Assembly (NCBI GenBank): GCA_951406725.2
Contig: OX597823.1
Location: 13,392,001 to 13,456,000, forward strand
Direction: 5' to 3'
DNA from: Octopus vulgaris
Lineage: Eukaryota
DNA length: 64,000 nt
In this document: piece by piece, positions 28,986-42,794 of the stretch
Numbering within the stretch: position 1 is the first letter of the stretch
Layout of the letters: every line of letters begins with the position of its first letter
Made by a program: the position numbers and the translations under genes
Notes under the pieces: model-generated
What the model saw: only the letters and a program-made list of their open reading frames with translations
Told to the model about the DNA's origin: nothing
Databases searched by the model: none

Positions 28986-29249
28986 TGCTTTTTAAAAAAA
29001 AATTATTATTAATCCAATTTACATCGAATGTACTTTTAACGATTACAATAAGTAAAGATTAGAAAATTGAGTTTTTTCTTTCAGAAATTGCATTAAAAAA
29101 CCAGATTAAGCCATTTGACAGCTTTGCTGATTTAGACAAGTTGGTAGGAGGTAAAAATATAAAAGGTAAATAGGTCAATATTTATAAAAAAAAAGAGACA
29201 TTCTTTGCATGCAAGTAAAAGGAGCAAGGTCCTTATCGATCCATCGGGT

Positions 29250-29630
29250 CATAAAACCGGTTTCACGGATTCTGTAGTGTAAATAATCCCCTCTGAACCT
29301 GACGTCGATGCGTCGCAGAATTACTCATTTCTACCAGCTGAGTGCTGTGCACCAAAATGTAATGAACTGTTTTCCTCCAGAACAAAATACATCCTCCTGC
29401 CCAGGAATTGAAACTAGAAACGTTTGGTCTTCAAGTGCTACACTCATGATCGTAAGATTGTGGTTTCGATACCTAGACCAGGCGATAAGTTTTCTTTTCA
29501 GTAAAACATTTCATTTCACATTACATCACTCGACTCAGCTGGCAAAAGTGTATAAGCCTGCGATGGAATGAGATCGCCTTCAGAGGTGAATATATATGCA
29601 ACAGAACTCGGGAAATCGGTTTATGAGCAT
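29250..29630. mobile_element. Two degraded head-to-head tRNA-SINE remnants (family C-like)
   Basis: Plus copy has gtggtttcgatacc and cctgcgatggaa...gggaaatcgg; minus copy has aaccggtttcacgg...cgtcgcag...caggaattgaaact. Confidence 0.45.
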
Positions 29631-29670
29631 ATTGTTCGGGAAGGACCTTTGATCCTCTGTCTGTGTGTGC

Positions 29671-29702
<32 letters not shown>

Positions 29703-29871
29703 ATGTGTGTGTGTGGGTGTGTGTGTGTAGATATATATATATATATATATATATATATCTGATCACGTGACCGACCAGTTCATCAGATGTAGTTAGACAT
29801 CGGTGGTCACAATGCGTTTGCATTGTCTTAGCCTTCGAATGACGCCACCCCGCTGGCTAAGCGAGCAGGCC

Positions 29872-29937
<66 letters not shown>

Positions 29938-29944
29938 ATGTATT

Positions 29945-30176
29945 TGTAAAAATGTCAAGGTAGAAAATGCTAAAATACTTTTATAAAAAACATTTCAGTA
30001 CCGGTTTCGGTCATTGAGACTTTTTCAACTGTAAGTATGGAAACCAATTAAAGTTTGGAAAACTTAAATAAAAAGTATTTTAAAAGAATATTTGCATAGT
30101 ATTCAAATACAAGGAGCATTTTCTTTGTTTCTGCCTGTCCCTGTCTCTCTTGTTTACTCTTGCGGGTTCGAGGTCA
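29945..30176 (-). mobile_element. Solo pLTR homologous to 26870-27108, with U3:A8 hammerhead at 29994-30034
   Basis: Minus strand ttacag-TTGAAAA-agtc-tcaat-gacc-GAAA-ccgg-TA-ctgaa. Confidence 0.75.
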
Positions 30177-30189
30177 TATATATATATAT

Positions 30190-30408
30190 ATTCAAATAAG
30201 CAACAGGTATATGTAAGGTTGTGTAGTACAATCGTTTCATGCTACTTCATCTAAGGATGAAACGATCGTACTACACTACCTTGGATATCCCTTGTTGCTT
30301 ATTTTGATTATAATCACCCCATTTAATTTATATGGATAATACCATACAAAACTCTGCTGCCTTTAACTTAAGAACCATGTTCATCTGAATCAAAATTTTG
30401 GTGAACTT
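30190..30408 (+). mobile_element. Short foldback PLE terminus, related to 23786-25635 and 43650-43984
   Basis: Imperfect palindrome 30190-30308 containing GAAAcgatcgTA (3' half of HHR), then tail ataatcacccc...ttaagaaccat. Confidence 0.65.
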
Positions 30409-30424
30409 ATATATGTATATATAT

Positions 30425-30478
<54 letters not shown>

Positions 30479-30874
30479 GTGTGTGTGTGTGTGTGTGCAT
30501 GTATGCATAAAGAGAGACAGAGAGGGGTAAGGGGAAATAGATAAGTATAATTATTAAAGCAGGTCTAGTGCCTTGTCACTCTGGAATCTTCACGTTGCTC
30601 ATCTGCTTCTTCAGACGTCTTGCGAAACCCATGGTTGTCTGAGGTCGCTGATGCATTATGTCAAGTCCAGAGGAGAAGGCCACCGATTTGCTAGAATAAA
30701 TTACTGTAATATGTTTATAGATTAATTCTCTGGGACATTATTTATTATCGAATATATGGTGGAAAGCCCAGAGACAAACTCTGTCCATTTGTGAGACAAG
30801 GTTAGTCTTTTTAATCAGTCTTCTGTGTATGATACACACACACACATACATGTATGTATTCACATTTAAATACC

Positions 30875-30934
<60 letters not shown>

Positions 30935-30983
30935 CACGTATATATACACAAACATACACACACATATACACACACACACACAC

Positions 30984-31020
<37 letters not shown>

Positions 31021-31699
31021 CAGTATGTGTTTATGTGTACGACATCCTCTCAACAATACAATTAACAAGCTGCATATTGAGGGAAGTAGATAATGTAAAA
31101 TACATAACGAAGAGGTGTCGGAGGATGGAGAATGTGTGTTTTAATGACAACCAACTCCTAAACATTTCCATTATCTGCGCTAATTGGTCATGTGGTGTCA
31201 ATCAGCACGCAGAAAGATGTCTAATATATGGAGCTTCACGCGGTGAAATATATGTTGACGACATTTTACATAAACGAGACTGTAAGAGATCCAACTCATT
31301 ATATTTAATTACTACTATTTTATGTTTATATATTTATTTTCTGCTGACTTGGGTTTTTCGCTGTGTCTCTATTTGTTACTGTTGTTTAGCTGTATTCATA
31401 TGTGGTTACTACACTAAATACATTCTTTGAATAAAGCGGGACACAACCAATTTAAAATGTGTTTGCTGGTATGCGCTCGCTTTTCTTTTGCAGACTTTAT
31501 CTTCCTTTTAGTATGAAGATCTTTATTTTAGTTTTTGTTGTACTGTCACAAATATCTTGCATTTCAGATTTTTAGGATCTCTCTCTCTCTCCCTCTCTCT
31601 CTCTCTCCTTCTCTCTCTCGATCTCTCTCTCCAACTTCACTTGAATTTACAATGCAATCTACATAAAACTGACTATTACTAAGTATCACTGCATCTGGT

Positions 31700-33150
31700 A
31701 GTGGGTCTTTGGTTCGGGAGTTCCGATGTTTCAAAGAATCTGTAACCACCTTTTAGTCATTATTGTTCCCATGTTTATTCTGACCCGGAATACTTACATC
31801 TGTCAGATCCCAGCTGTGGGTTAATCGGCCTATAAATAGAGCTCACCAATGAATTAAGAAATGATGAACCACAGAACAAATCACTGATGGTCCATCAGAG
31901 TCAGGTTAACTACGTGTCCGTCCCGATCGGTTAACTACGCGTTGGTGATTTTCTTTCCACTTCACTTCTTCACCATTCGAGCTCATTAGATGACTTTAAG
32001 TTCCATCGTGGCTGAGCGTACGGACCTTGGCTTTGATAACGCAGCCTTCGTGTTTCGCCTCATAAAGATCGCCAACGGACATTCTCGCCGCTTAGTCGCG
32101 ATACGTTTGCCAATCGTCTTTTCAAGTTTACTAATTCTCTCACTAATCTTTTACTTTCTATTGCTAACTATTTACTAAACACTATCGATTTTATTCTAAT
32201 CACTAACTTCAGGATGCTCCACCACCGGTTGTTGACAATTGTTCTCCTCAACTGCTTACCAAATTTGTTAATCCAGTCCCGGTAGTTCTTGGATGCTGGA
32301 AATTACGCGTTCGACTTCCAGTAACTGGGTTTCTATCTACGGGTCCTGTCTAAATCGACTGTGCAGATCACAAATTTATGATCTGTTATTTCTTTATTGC
32401 CCACAAGGGGCTACACACAGAGGGGACAAACAAGGACAGACAAACGGATTAAGTCGATTATATCGACCCCAGTGCGTTACTGGTACTTCATTTATCGACC
32501 CCGAAAGGATGAAAGGCAAAGTCGACCTCGGCTGAAGTTTCTACCAGCTCGCCACCTTTATGATCTCTGTAGCTAACTAATTTGATTATCTCTATTTGCT
32601 GACCTAAAAATTGCTCTTTCTAAATACGAGCTAGAGACCACGTTGTGGTTGATCCATATCCACTCTACCAAATTATGGAAATCTAGTTGATACCTGTCAG
32701 ACAGCTGGTATTCTCTGAGACGGTTTTCGAGTCTTTTGCACCTACTTCTACCATGTACTATACCCACACGGTCCTTCCAGTGCCCTTCTAAGAAATTGCG
32801 AGACGTTCCCAAGAATGATTCTTGATACCTGAACATGTCTATCCTTCCAGCCCTAATCCGAAGGCACCACCTTCGCTGCCTAAGACCTATAACCTACCGT
32901 CTGAGATGTGCAAGTAATGATAGCCATTCTTCTGGATTTTTGCTCGCTGCTGCATGTAGCAGCTACCCACCTGTATTGTTTGCTTTTATGAGTACTGAGT
33001 GTTGCACATCATTTAGACATTTTTCTGTCTCTGACACCGTAAGAATTTAAGTTTCCTGTCTTTAAGAGAAACAGGTTTACACACAATGACATGTCGAACA
33101 AAGGGTTTCTTTTCTTCCTCACACCTAGTTTCACAATGAGATTTTTATAC
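31700..33150 (-). mobile_element. Decayed Tx1/L1-like LINE (endonuclease and linker region)
   Basis: Minus strand DRVG...QLSDRYQLDFHNLVEWIWIN...SYLER, then DHKFVICTVDLD...YWKSNA; resembles Tx1 APE motifs (WTW, SYLDR, SDH, YWKLN). Confidence 0.65.
32385..32556 (-). mobile_element. SINE family A (internally deleted) nested in the Tx1-like LINE
   Basis: Matches family A; tttatgatct duplicated on both sides. Confidence 0.85.
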
Positions 33151-33212
33151 TAGAGGGCTTTACCTTTCAAATCTTGTACCGAATGCATAGTTCACAGTCT
33201 AACTGACGTTCG

Positions 33213-33478
33213 CTTCTTCTTCTTCTTCTTCTTCTTCTTCTTCTTCTTCTTCTTCTTCTTCTTCTTCTTCTTCTTCTTCTTCTTCTTCTTCTTCTTCTTC
33301 TTCTTCCTCACCTTCTTCTTCTCCTTCTCCTTCTTCTTCTTCTCTTCCTCCTTCTCCTCCTCCTTCTTCTTCTTCTCCTCCCCCTCCTCCTCCTCCTTCT
33401 TCTTCTTCTTCTTCTTCTTCTTCTTCTTCTTCTTCTTCTTCTTCTTCTTCTTCTTCTTCTTCTTCTTCTTCTTCTTCG
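33213..33478. repeat. (CTT)n/(CCT)n microsatellite
   Basis: Directly visible. Confidence 0.95.
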
Positions 33479-33734
33479 TCAACAATGCGATTTATGTAGA
33501 GGCTGACACATTCTATGCGAGTTGTACATGTTTATTCTCTTGAAACAATAACTTTTTTAATGTCGTCTGTCGTTCATATTTCATAAACAAATGTTTCCCT
33601 TGAACAGACGATATTTAATTGCGTGCGTTAAGGGAGTAAAGGGAGGTAATTTCGAAAATTAAAAGATACGTAAAGAAAACTTCGGTGTCCGCTGTCAAAT
33701 CACCAACAAGGTTCAGTCCGAGTTGTTTGCCAAT

Positions 33735-33965
33735 ACTTTTTTACCCGTTTCAGGCATTTGACTGCGGCCAGGACTTAATCTTTGTAAGCGTAGTACTTAT
33801 TATATCGGCCTCTTTTGCTGAACCGCTAGGCATCGGGGACTTAAACACACCAGCATCGGTTGTCAAGTGATGGTGTGGTGGTGGTGAGTGGACAAGCACA
33901 GGCACCAAGATACAAACGCCTACATACATATGATCGTAGACCCGCTACCAGAACCCTTTCTGTTT
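33735..33965 (-). mobile_element. Degraded SINE family B, 3' part
   Basis: catttgactgcggcca...taaacacaccagcatcggttgtcaag. Confidence 0.7.
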
Positions 33966-34331
33966 GTCGGGTATGTTTTGCGTCTGCGCAATGGTCTGAA
34001 AAGTTAGAGAATGCAAGTCGGTAGAACCGCACATGCTTCTAACGATATGTACTTCTAGGATAACAAAGGCTGCTTACTGAAGAGTCTAGCCTTGGCAGAT
34101 AAATTATATTTACTGCTAAAAAAAAGACGAAACTGCAGTATAAGATGAGCCGAGTTTGTAAACGTTTTTGATTTTCATTTCATTGAATTTATCCACTCTT
34201 TGTGTATCTAGTACTTGCTTCTTCTTTTAGAGGCCTTTTAATGTACTTATATATGAATAACATATAGCCTAATGGCTAATTTGTCTTTTGTGCTAGATCA
34301 CCGGTAATAATAATTTATTTTATTACCTTTT

Positions 34332-34377
<46 letters not shown>

Positions 34378-34382
<5 letters not shown>

Positions 34383-34545
34383 CGACGGGATTCTTTCAGT
34401 TTCCATCTACCAAATCCACTCACCAGGATTTGGTCAGCTCGAGGCCATAGTAGAAGACGCTCGCCCTAGTTGCCACGCCGTGGGACTTATCCCGGAACCA
34501 TGTGGTTGGGAAGCAAGCTTCCTACCACACATGGCATTCCTACCT
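34378..34545 (-). mobile_element. SINE family B, 5' part
   Basis: ctttcagtttccatctaccaaatccactcac...cccggaaccatgtggttgg. Confidence 0.8.
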
Positions 34546-35373
34546 GCGCCAATAGAGAATATTTTCATTTCTTTTCATTTCATTACAGTTCAGTGACCTA
34601 TCTATTTGTATATCTTTTAATATATCAATCTATCTGCATACATGGCCACAAGTTTTGGTCTGCAACACACAAAGGACAAAACTGTACCTTCTATAGCAAT
34701 TTGCTAAGTTCATTTCACTTTAATTTAACTACTTACCGATATATCTATCATTTCAAGCATAAAGTTATGATCTCCATGACACAGTTTCATTATGTTAAAC
34801 GCTTCAATGCAATCAATCGGACATGTATTCCTTAACAAGCGGCGAGTTCGCTTAGGTGCTACGCTGTCAGTTAACATGTCACATGATATTTTATTTTAGC
34901 TCTGCATTCAGCGTTCAAATTCCACAGGAGTCAGCTTTGCCTTTCAGCGTTTTGAGGTCGATAAACACAGAACCGATTAAATCTTCTGCATTTGTGCTCT
35001 CTCTTTCCTTCTCTGCGGAAGAAATCAGCTGCAATAAAATCTGGTGAGTTACGAGTCTTGCCATTTTGAAAGTACCCCAAATACGTGGTACGCCTAAGAT
35101 TACATGTTAAAGTAAGTGAGAGACATGGCATTGAATTATCTTATTTTGTTGCATTAGAACTTCTCTGGATTATTACAGCAACCAATATATTTACACTCAA
35201 ATGTGGCTACGACTAGATTTTACAAATTTTGTATATCCTGAGAGTTTTTAAAATAATGTTATTATATACTTTGTTTTTGTAATTATGTTTTCAGGTTAGG
35301 CCAGGTCTAGTACACCTATTATAAAATACGTTCCAGCACTGATTTTTCAGCTTATTTGTATACATGTATACAT

Positions 35374-35712
35374 AGGCGCTTGCTAACCAACCACATGGTT
35401 CCGGGTTCAGTCCCACTGCATGGCATCTTGGGCAACTGTCTTCTGCTATAGACCCGGGCCAACCAATGCCGTGTGAGTGGATTTGGTAGACGGAAACTGA
35501 AAGAAGCCTGTCGTATATATGTATACATATGTATGTATGTATGTGTGTTTGTGTGTCTGTGTTTGTTTACGTCCCCGTCACTTAGCGGTTCGGCAAAAAG
35601 TGACCGATAGAATAAGTACTGGGCTTACAAAGAATAAGTCCTGGGGTCGACTAAAGGCGGTGCTCCAGCATGGCCAGAGTCAAATGGCTGAAACAAGTAA
35701 AAGAGTAAAAGA
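35374..35712 (+). mobile_element. tRNA-derived SINE family B (CORE-like)
   Basis: ccgggttcagtccc B-box, tcttgggcaa CORE-like segment, tail gctgaaacaagtaaaagagtaaaagag. Confidence 0.9.
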
Positions 35713-36548
35713 GATTAGAGTATGTGTATGTGTGTGTGTTTGTTTATTTTTTAGCACTGCTTCTATTGTGTCCTTTCATTAGGTTCTGTTCTGTAGTACT
35801 AAGGAGAAAGGGTTAAGTGAACGAAGATGACCAGTTGCAAGAGAATGTCAGATATACTAACATTTGGCGATGAATCAAAGAGAGAGATGTGTGAATAAGA
35901 AAAAAATGTAGACTATAAATACCATTTTAAATTGGCTATTTTTCGACTAGTTCTTGAACATTAAAAAAATCAACTGCTGCTCTTGATAGAAAAATCTGTA
36001 CGCTGCACCAAAAATCGATAGAATTTCACATTACTCTGACAGTAAAATCATGATTTTCTATATTGGTGACATTAGTAGACTAAAGGTAAGCTCAAAGCCA
36101 ACCGATTATTAGCTTTTAGTGGTGTAAATGAAGGGAAATTGAGTCGGTTGGGAATAAAAAAAACTGATAGCAAATTTAACATACTGTGGACTTTATATCT
36201 AATGCACCTGAAAATATTGATTTATCTTTGAAGAGACATAAATCTTTAGATATATACCTGAAAGAAAATTAATATTTTTTTTGTCTTACGTTATGCTGCG
36301 ACTGGAAGTAAACTGTAATAGCTTCAATAATGAGATGAAACCAGGTCGTTGATTAACCTTCAGTGATATCCAATGTGAATTCCTCTTTTTTCTTTTTTCT
36401 TTCTTTCATGATGGTAGAGTCTAATACTAGGAAGGTTTGGTTGTTATATCTAGTAGGCTGCGTACAGGCTCCTTAACTCACTCCTTGATATTCTAGAGAG
36501 TTTCAAACGTACCATCTCCAACGGGTAAAATCATTGAATGAATAAGTC

Positions 36549-36550
36549 AT

Positions 36551-36585
<35 letters not shown>

Positions 36586-36651
36586 TGATGATGATGATGA
36601 TGAAGATGGTAGTGGTGGTGGTGGTGGTGGTGGTGGTGGTAGTAGTAGTAC

Positions 36652-36695
<44 letters not shown>

Positions 36696-36722
36696 ATAAT
36701 AATAATAATGATAATAATAATG

Positions 36723-36813
<91 letters not shown>
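36549..36813. repeat. Compound AAT/GAT/GGT/AGT microsatellite
   Basis: Directly visible. Confidence 0.95.
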
Positions 36814-36815
<2 letters not shown>

Positions 36816-37036
36816 GATGCTTGTGATATTTTATCATGTCTATGCCTTCACTTAAGCTATTAACGTCACAAGTCATAGCATAGCATCAAATAGGTTTCAG
36901 CCTAATCCGTGATTTGGTTTTGAATCCGTAATAAAAGTTTGACTTCATAATAGATGCCTTACGTTACGGCATGATGCTAATATAACCTCAATTCCTCTCA
37001 TTTTCTATTCTAAATCTGAAGAAATATGCACCTTAT

Positions 37037-37446
37037 ACTCTTTACTCTTTACTCTTTTACTTGTTTCAGTCATTTGACTGCGGCCATGCTGGAGCACCGC
37101 CTTTAGTCGGGCAAATCGACCCCGGGACTTATTCTTTGTAAGCCCAGTACTTATTCTATCGGTCTCTTTTGCCGAACCACTAAGTAACAGGGACGTAAAC
37201 ACACCAGCATCAGTTGTCAAGCAATGCTAGGGGGACAAACACAGACACACAAGCACACACACACACACACATATATATATATACGACAGGCTTCTTTCAG
37301 TTTCCGTCTACCAAATCCACTCACAAGGCATTGACCGGCCCGGGGCTATAGCAGAAGACACTTGCCCAAGATACCACGCAGTGGGACTTAACCCGTAACC
37401 ATGTGGTTGGTTAGCAAGCTACGTACCACACAGCCACTCCTGCGCC
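37037..37446 (-). mobile_element. SINE family B, full length
   Basis: Head ggcgcaggagtggctgtgtggt on the minus strand, (gagtaaa)n-like tail. Confidence 0.92.
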
Positions 37447-38456
37447 TTATAATTAAATATCGAAAATTATTTTGGGTCGTTTCCATTGTATATGGAAACC
37501 ATTACATGCATATCTAACTCATAGGGAACTTGATATTTGTCGTAAAGTGTTTGACACATTAGTTCAAATTTATCGAACTAAAAGTGTTTTTAAGTGATTA
37601 TTTGGAATTTCAAATTAGTTGAAATAAGTTAAACACATTTGGGAATAGTCTTCAAACTTATATTTTGTTTAATATCGCTTTTGACTTACCACCATGCTTG
37701 TTTTATTTAAATATGCACTGTTATTGTCTTGGGATTATATTTTTTGTTTTTTAGTTTTCATTTGTGTTTGTGCGTGTGTATGTATATATATATATATATA
37801 TATACATGGTTGTTTATGTGTATTTGGCTTGTGGATTCATATATATGAAGTCATAACTGTGTGACTCCGCATGTGTAAGTGTGTGTGTAAAGCGAATGTG
37901 CGTGACATTCTAACATGTTTGTTTGTATGTGCGTTTAACTGTATGTTAGTTTAAATAGCTGAAGGGGAATTTCTAAACGAAATCGAAATAAAATTACAAG
38001 AGAAATATATTTTAAAGGAAACAGTTTTTTTTTTTCTTATTCTAAATATTAATAAATAAGGAAACAGAGAGGAAATAAATAGAAATAAATGATGGTAACA
38101 GAGAAATAAACAACACAAGCTATGAAACAATAAAAGAAACAAAGAAATAATGCGATAAAGAAAAAAAAATCAAAAAAAGCCAAAATTGAAACATATAAAG
38201 GAAGAGAAAGAAATTAAGAAAGCGACAATGAAATAAAGAAACGAAGAAAGGAAGAATGAAAGAAAATAGAAAGACAAGAGATAGACAATGAAATACAATA
38301 ATGAAATTAGAATAGTAAAATGTGATTAGAAATTGGAGAAAGCCATAGACAAGAAAATGAGTAGGAAAAAAAAAACGGTGAAAGCCGCCAACCAAAGTTC
38401 GAGATAAATTAATCAATTCTTTCAATGACCTTGTACAATGTATGTGCGCAAGGAAC

Positions 38457-38860
<404 letters not shown>

Positions 38861-38863
<3 letters not shown>

Positions 38864-39247
38864 TTAGAAAAATTGAGGTAATCAGATCAGATGGTTCATA
38901 TTTGTAGATATTTATTTATATATTACATTTTTTACATATATATCATATCATTCGGATTAGCGCTTGCTCCCATTCTAGTGGGTTTTCAAATATCAACACA
39001 CAAAAATATTTTTTCTTCTCCACTTCCTCCCTTATTTTTATTTTTATTTTTATTTTATTTTTTTATTTTTTATTCTTTATATTTTTATTTATTCTTTATA
39101 TATTTTTTTATTTTATTTTTTATTTTTTGTTTTTATTTTATTTTATTTTTTTTTATTTTTTAATTTTTTTTTTTTATTATTATTATTTTTATTTTCCCTT
39201 TTCTCTTTTTGTCTCTCTCCCCTTCTCCAAACACACAGACACACACA

Positions 39248-39287
<40 letters not shown>

Positions 39288-39489
39288 AAAACACACACAG
39301 ACACACAGAGACACACACACACCTCCACAGAATGATCATAGAAAGTGTGACCCCAAATGACATTTGCCAGGCCAACCTATGCACAACACACACTCAGTGA
39401 CATTGAAATGGACAGCCAAAGTTCTTATAAAACCACAGGGGGTCCAGCAGACCAACGGAAATAACACTTCTTCACTCTCAGATATAAAT

Positions 39490-39559
<70 letters not shown>

Positions 39560-39808
39560 ACATATTTTCTCTCTGTCTCACTTCCTCCTCACCCACTACT
39601 ACGAAACTATAAAAAGGTTCAAACTACCCACAACTGATTTGATTTGAAAACCCACTAGAATGGGAGCAAGCGCTAATCCGAATGATATGATATATATGTA
39701 AAAAATGTAATATATAAATAAATATCTACAAATATGAACCATCTGATCTGATTACCTCAATTTTTCTAATATATAATACCTGTACATCATCTCCAAACCT
39801 TCCGATAC
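38861..39808 (+). mobile_element. Foldback PLE-type element with ~131-bp perfect inverted arms and atypical HHR-like motif
   Basis: 38861-38991 is the reverse complement of 39642-39772; gat-TTGAAAA-ccca-ctagaa-tggg-a-GCAA-gcgc-TA-atc at 39641-39678; flanked by (TA)n. Confidence 0.7.
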
Positions 39809-39820
39809 ATATATATATAT

Positions 39821-39853
<33 letters not shown>

Positions 39854-39914
39854 CATACATATATATATATATATATATTAACACATACACACACACATAC
39901 ACACATACACACAT

Positions 39915-39954
<40 letters not shown>

Positions 39955-40433
39955 TGCATGTGTATGTATGTATCTGTGTATGCATGTGCGTAGATGAATA
40001 TATTTCGCTGTAAACCACTTAGTGACAATTTGATGCCGTATATGGTAAAGCTGTCATGAGACCGTGTAAGGACACATAAATACACATACACGCACCAAAA
40101 CACATGAACATTTCTTACCACTTTTCTTATCTGTACTAGTCTTCTGTGTGTGTTTGTGTGAGCGTCCCTGTGTGTTTCTGTGTAAATATGTGTGTTTGTG
40201 TGTGTGCGCACGTTTGTTTTTGTGTATGTCTGTGTTTATGTTTGTGTGTCTGCCTTTGTCCCCCTCCACTGACTGACAACTGATTCTTGGTTGCGTCACT
40301 AAAATCTAGCGTTTCGTCAAAAGAAGCCAACAGAATACTTACTTGAGTGGGGTTGATTTGTCCCACTAAACCTTTCAAGGAGCTACTCTAGTATGACCGC
40401 AGTGCAAAGAGGGATAAAAATAAGATAAAAATA

Positions 40434-40527
<94 letters not shown>

Positions 40528-40558
40528 GTATATATATATATATATGTATGTATGCATG

Positions 40559-40591
<33 letters not shown>

Positions 40592-40723
40592 GTATATATA
40601 TATATATGTATGTATATATATATATATATATGTATGTATATATATATATTCATATGTATGTATATATATATATATTCATATGTATGTATATATATATATA
40701 TATTCATATATATATGAATATAT

Positions 40724-41334
40724 AAGCCGCCTGGACTACTGCTCCCAACTGTGGTCACCGCATAGTGTCAAACTAACCACAGAGCTCGAGACAATCCAAA
40801 GACATTTCACCAAGAGGATTTCCACCATGAAAGAAAAGAACTATTGGGAGAGGCTTAGGGAACTCAATTTGTACTCCTTGGAACGAAGACCAGAGAGATA
40901 TGCAGTGATATACATATGGAAAATCCTGGAGGGACTAGCACCAAATTTTGGAATTGAGAGCTGTTCCAATCCCCGTACAGGACGTCACTGTGTGGTGCCA
41001 AAGGTCCCGTCTTCCACATCCAGGGTAAGGAGCAGATACTGTAATAGCCTGGGGTTGAGGGGCCCTCAGCTTTTCAACAAACTGCCAAGAAAACTAAGAG
41101 ATCTACATGATGCGGATGTGGACATTTTCAAAAAACATCTAGACAAGCTGCTTTCCGGGATCCCAGATGAACCCACTGCAAGGTACGAAGGTAACCTAAG
41201 GGCAGCAGCTACAAACTCTCTCTTAGATCAGTGGCCAGCCACGGCAAACTGGACTTGGAGAGGGTAGCAACAAGGGCAGTGCCCCAGCATGGCCTCAGCC
41301 GGATGGCTGAAACAAGTAACAGAGTAAAAGAGTA
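40724..41334 (+). mobile_element. 5'-truncated CR1-clade LINE, second family
   Basis: [12 protein letters not shown]...IQRHFTKRI...[16 protein letters not shown]...GPQLFNKLP...FKKHLDKLL; tail cagcatggcc...gctgaaacaagtaacagagtaaaagagta. Confidence 0.92.
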
Positions 41335-41378
41335 ATATGTATGTATATATATATATATATATATTCATATGTATGTAC

Positions 41379-41515
<137 letters not shown>

Positions 41516-41520
41516 GTATA

Positions 41521-41611
<91 letters not shown>

Positions 41612-41612
<1 letters not shown>

Positions 41613-42035
41613 GTGAAATAGAAAGATGAATAATCTTGTAGTAGATTAATCAAAAGTTTAACCGATACCTTAGTAGCAAAAATCACAGCAGTAAAACAGC
41701 ACGGTTGGAGGTACAACCATATGGTGTTGCAACCGTGCGTTGGTGCGGATAATTGAAATTAGAACATTATTGGTGAATTGAAGAAATGGAGCTGAAATGA
41801 AGAGTTTCGCCATGGGCTCTTAGGAGCATAGTTCGATATGTTTTTGCTCCGCCTCTGTTCTGTTTTTGTTTTTCCAACGGATTTCCTATTTTCTTCCTGA
41901 AGAGAAAGACACAATATGGTCCCATTATTCCATCGGATTTTGGTAATTTGTGCCTTTCGAAACACGTGTAGAATGAAATAAAACGATTTCTGTTCAATCT
42001 GCGTTCAGCTCCATTTCTTCAATTCACCAATAATG

Positions 42036-42037
<2 letters not shown>
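41612..42037 (+). mobile_element. PLE-type terminal element with 34-bp inverted repeat and canonical HHR
   Basis: 41763-41796 inverted to 42004-42037; embedded in (TA)n. Confidence 0.7.
41892..41975 (+). ncRNA. Minimal hammerhead ribozyme, canonical core
   Basis: ttc-CTGAAGA-gaaagacacaa...ttgtgcctttc-GAAA-cacgtg-TA-gaa; palindromic ACACGTGT; GUA triplet 41968-41970. Confidence 0.8.
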
Positions 42038-42077
<40 letters not shown>

Positions 42078-42093
42078 ATGTATATATATATAT

Positions 42094-42490
42094 AGGCACA
42101 GGAGTGGCTGTGCAGTAAGTAGCTTGTTTCCTAATCACATGATTCCGGGTTCAGTTCCACTGTGCGGCACCTTGGGTAAGTGCCTTCTACTATAGCTTCT
42201 GAGCGGATTTGGTAGACGGAAACTCAGAAAAAGCCTGTCGTATATATATATTTGCGTATATATGTGTGTGTTTATGTGTGTATATTTGTGTGTCTCTGTT
42301 TAGCCCCTCAACATCACATGACAAACGATATTGTAGTGTTTACGTTCCCATAACTTAGCTGTTCGGCAAAAGAGACCAAAAGAATAAGTACTAAGCTTAC
42401 AAAGAATAAGTTCTGGGGTCGATTTGTTCGACGAAATGCAGTGTTGTAGCATGGTCGCAGTCAAATGACTGAAACAAATAAAGAATAAAA
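42094..42490 (+). mobile_element. SINE family B, near full length
   Basis: ggcacaggagtggctgtg head, caccttgggtaag, tail gactgaaacaaataaagaataaaa. Confidence 0.88.
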
Positions 42491-42499
42491 TATAGATCG

Positions 42500-42685
42500 C
42501 TTGCCACTACACATTCTTTATTTTCTCTCCTTGTTTCTTTCTGTTTTCCTTTCTGTGGAAGAGCGTAGGCTCGAAACGTTAAAGACTTTCACACTTCCCA
42601 AGCGTTATACTAATACATCTGTTTGTTGTCTACACCACCTGTCTTCGTCTTTTGTTTTTTGTTTGTTTATGCGTGAATTCTCTCC
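42500..42685 (+). mobile_element. PLE-type terminal fragment with U6-variant HHR at 42549-42584
   Basis: cttt-CTGTGGA-A-gagc-gtag-gctc-GAAA-cg-TT-aaag. Confidence 0.6.
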
Positions 42686-42704
42686 CCCTCTCTCTCTCTC
42701 TCTC

Positions 42705-42794
<90 letters not shown>

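Noticed and set aside
29755-29872. GC-rich insert with CTGATGA on the minus strand and an HDV-like ggctaagcgag end
   Set aside because: No GAAA/helix II partner for a hammerhead and no P1/P2/P3 pairing for an HDV fold
40518-41267. 249-aa ORF as a host gene
   Set aside because: Microsatellite-derived N-terminus fused in frame to a truncated CR1 ORF2
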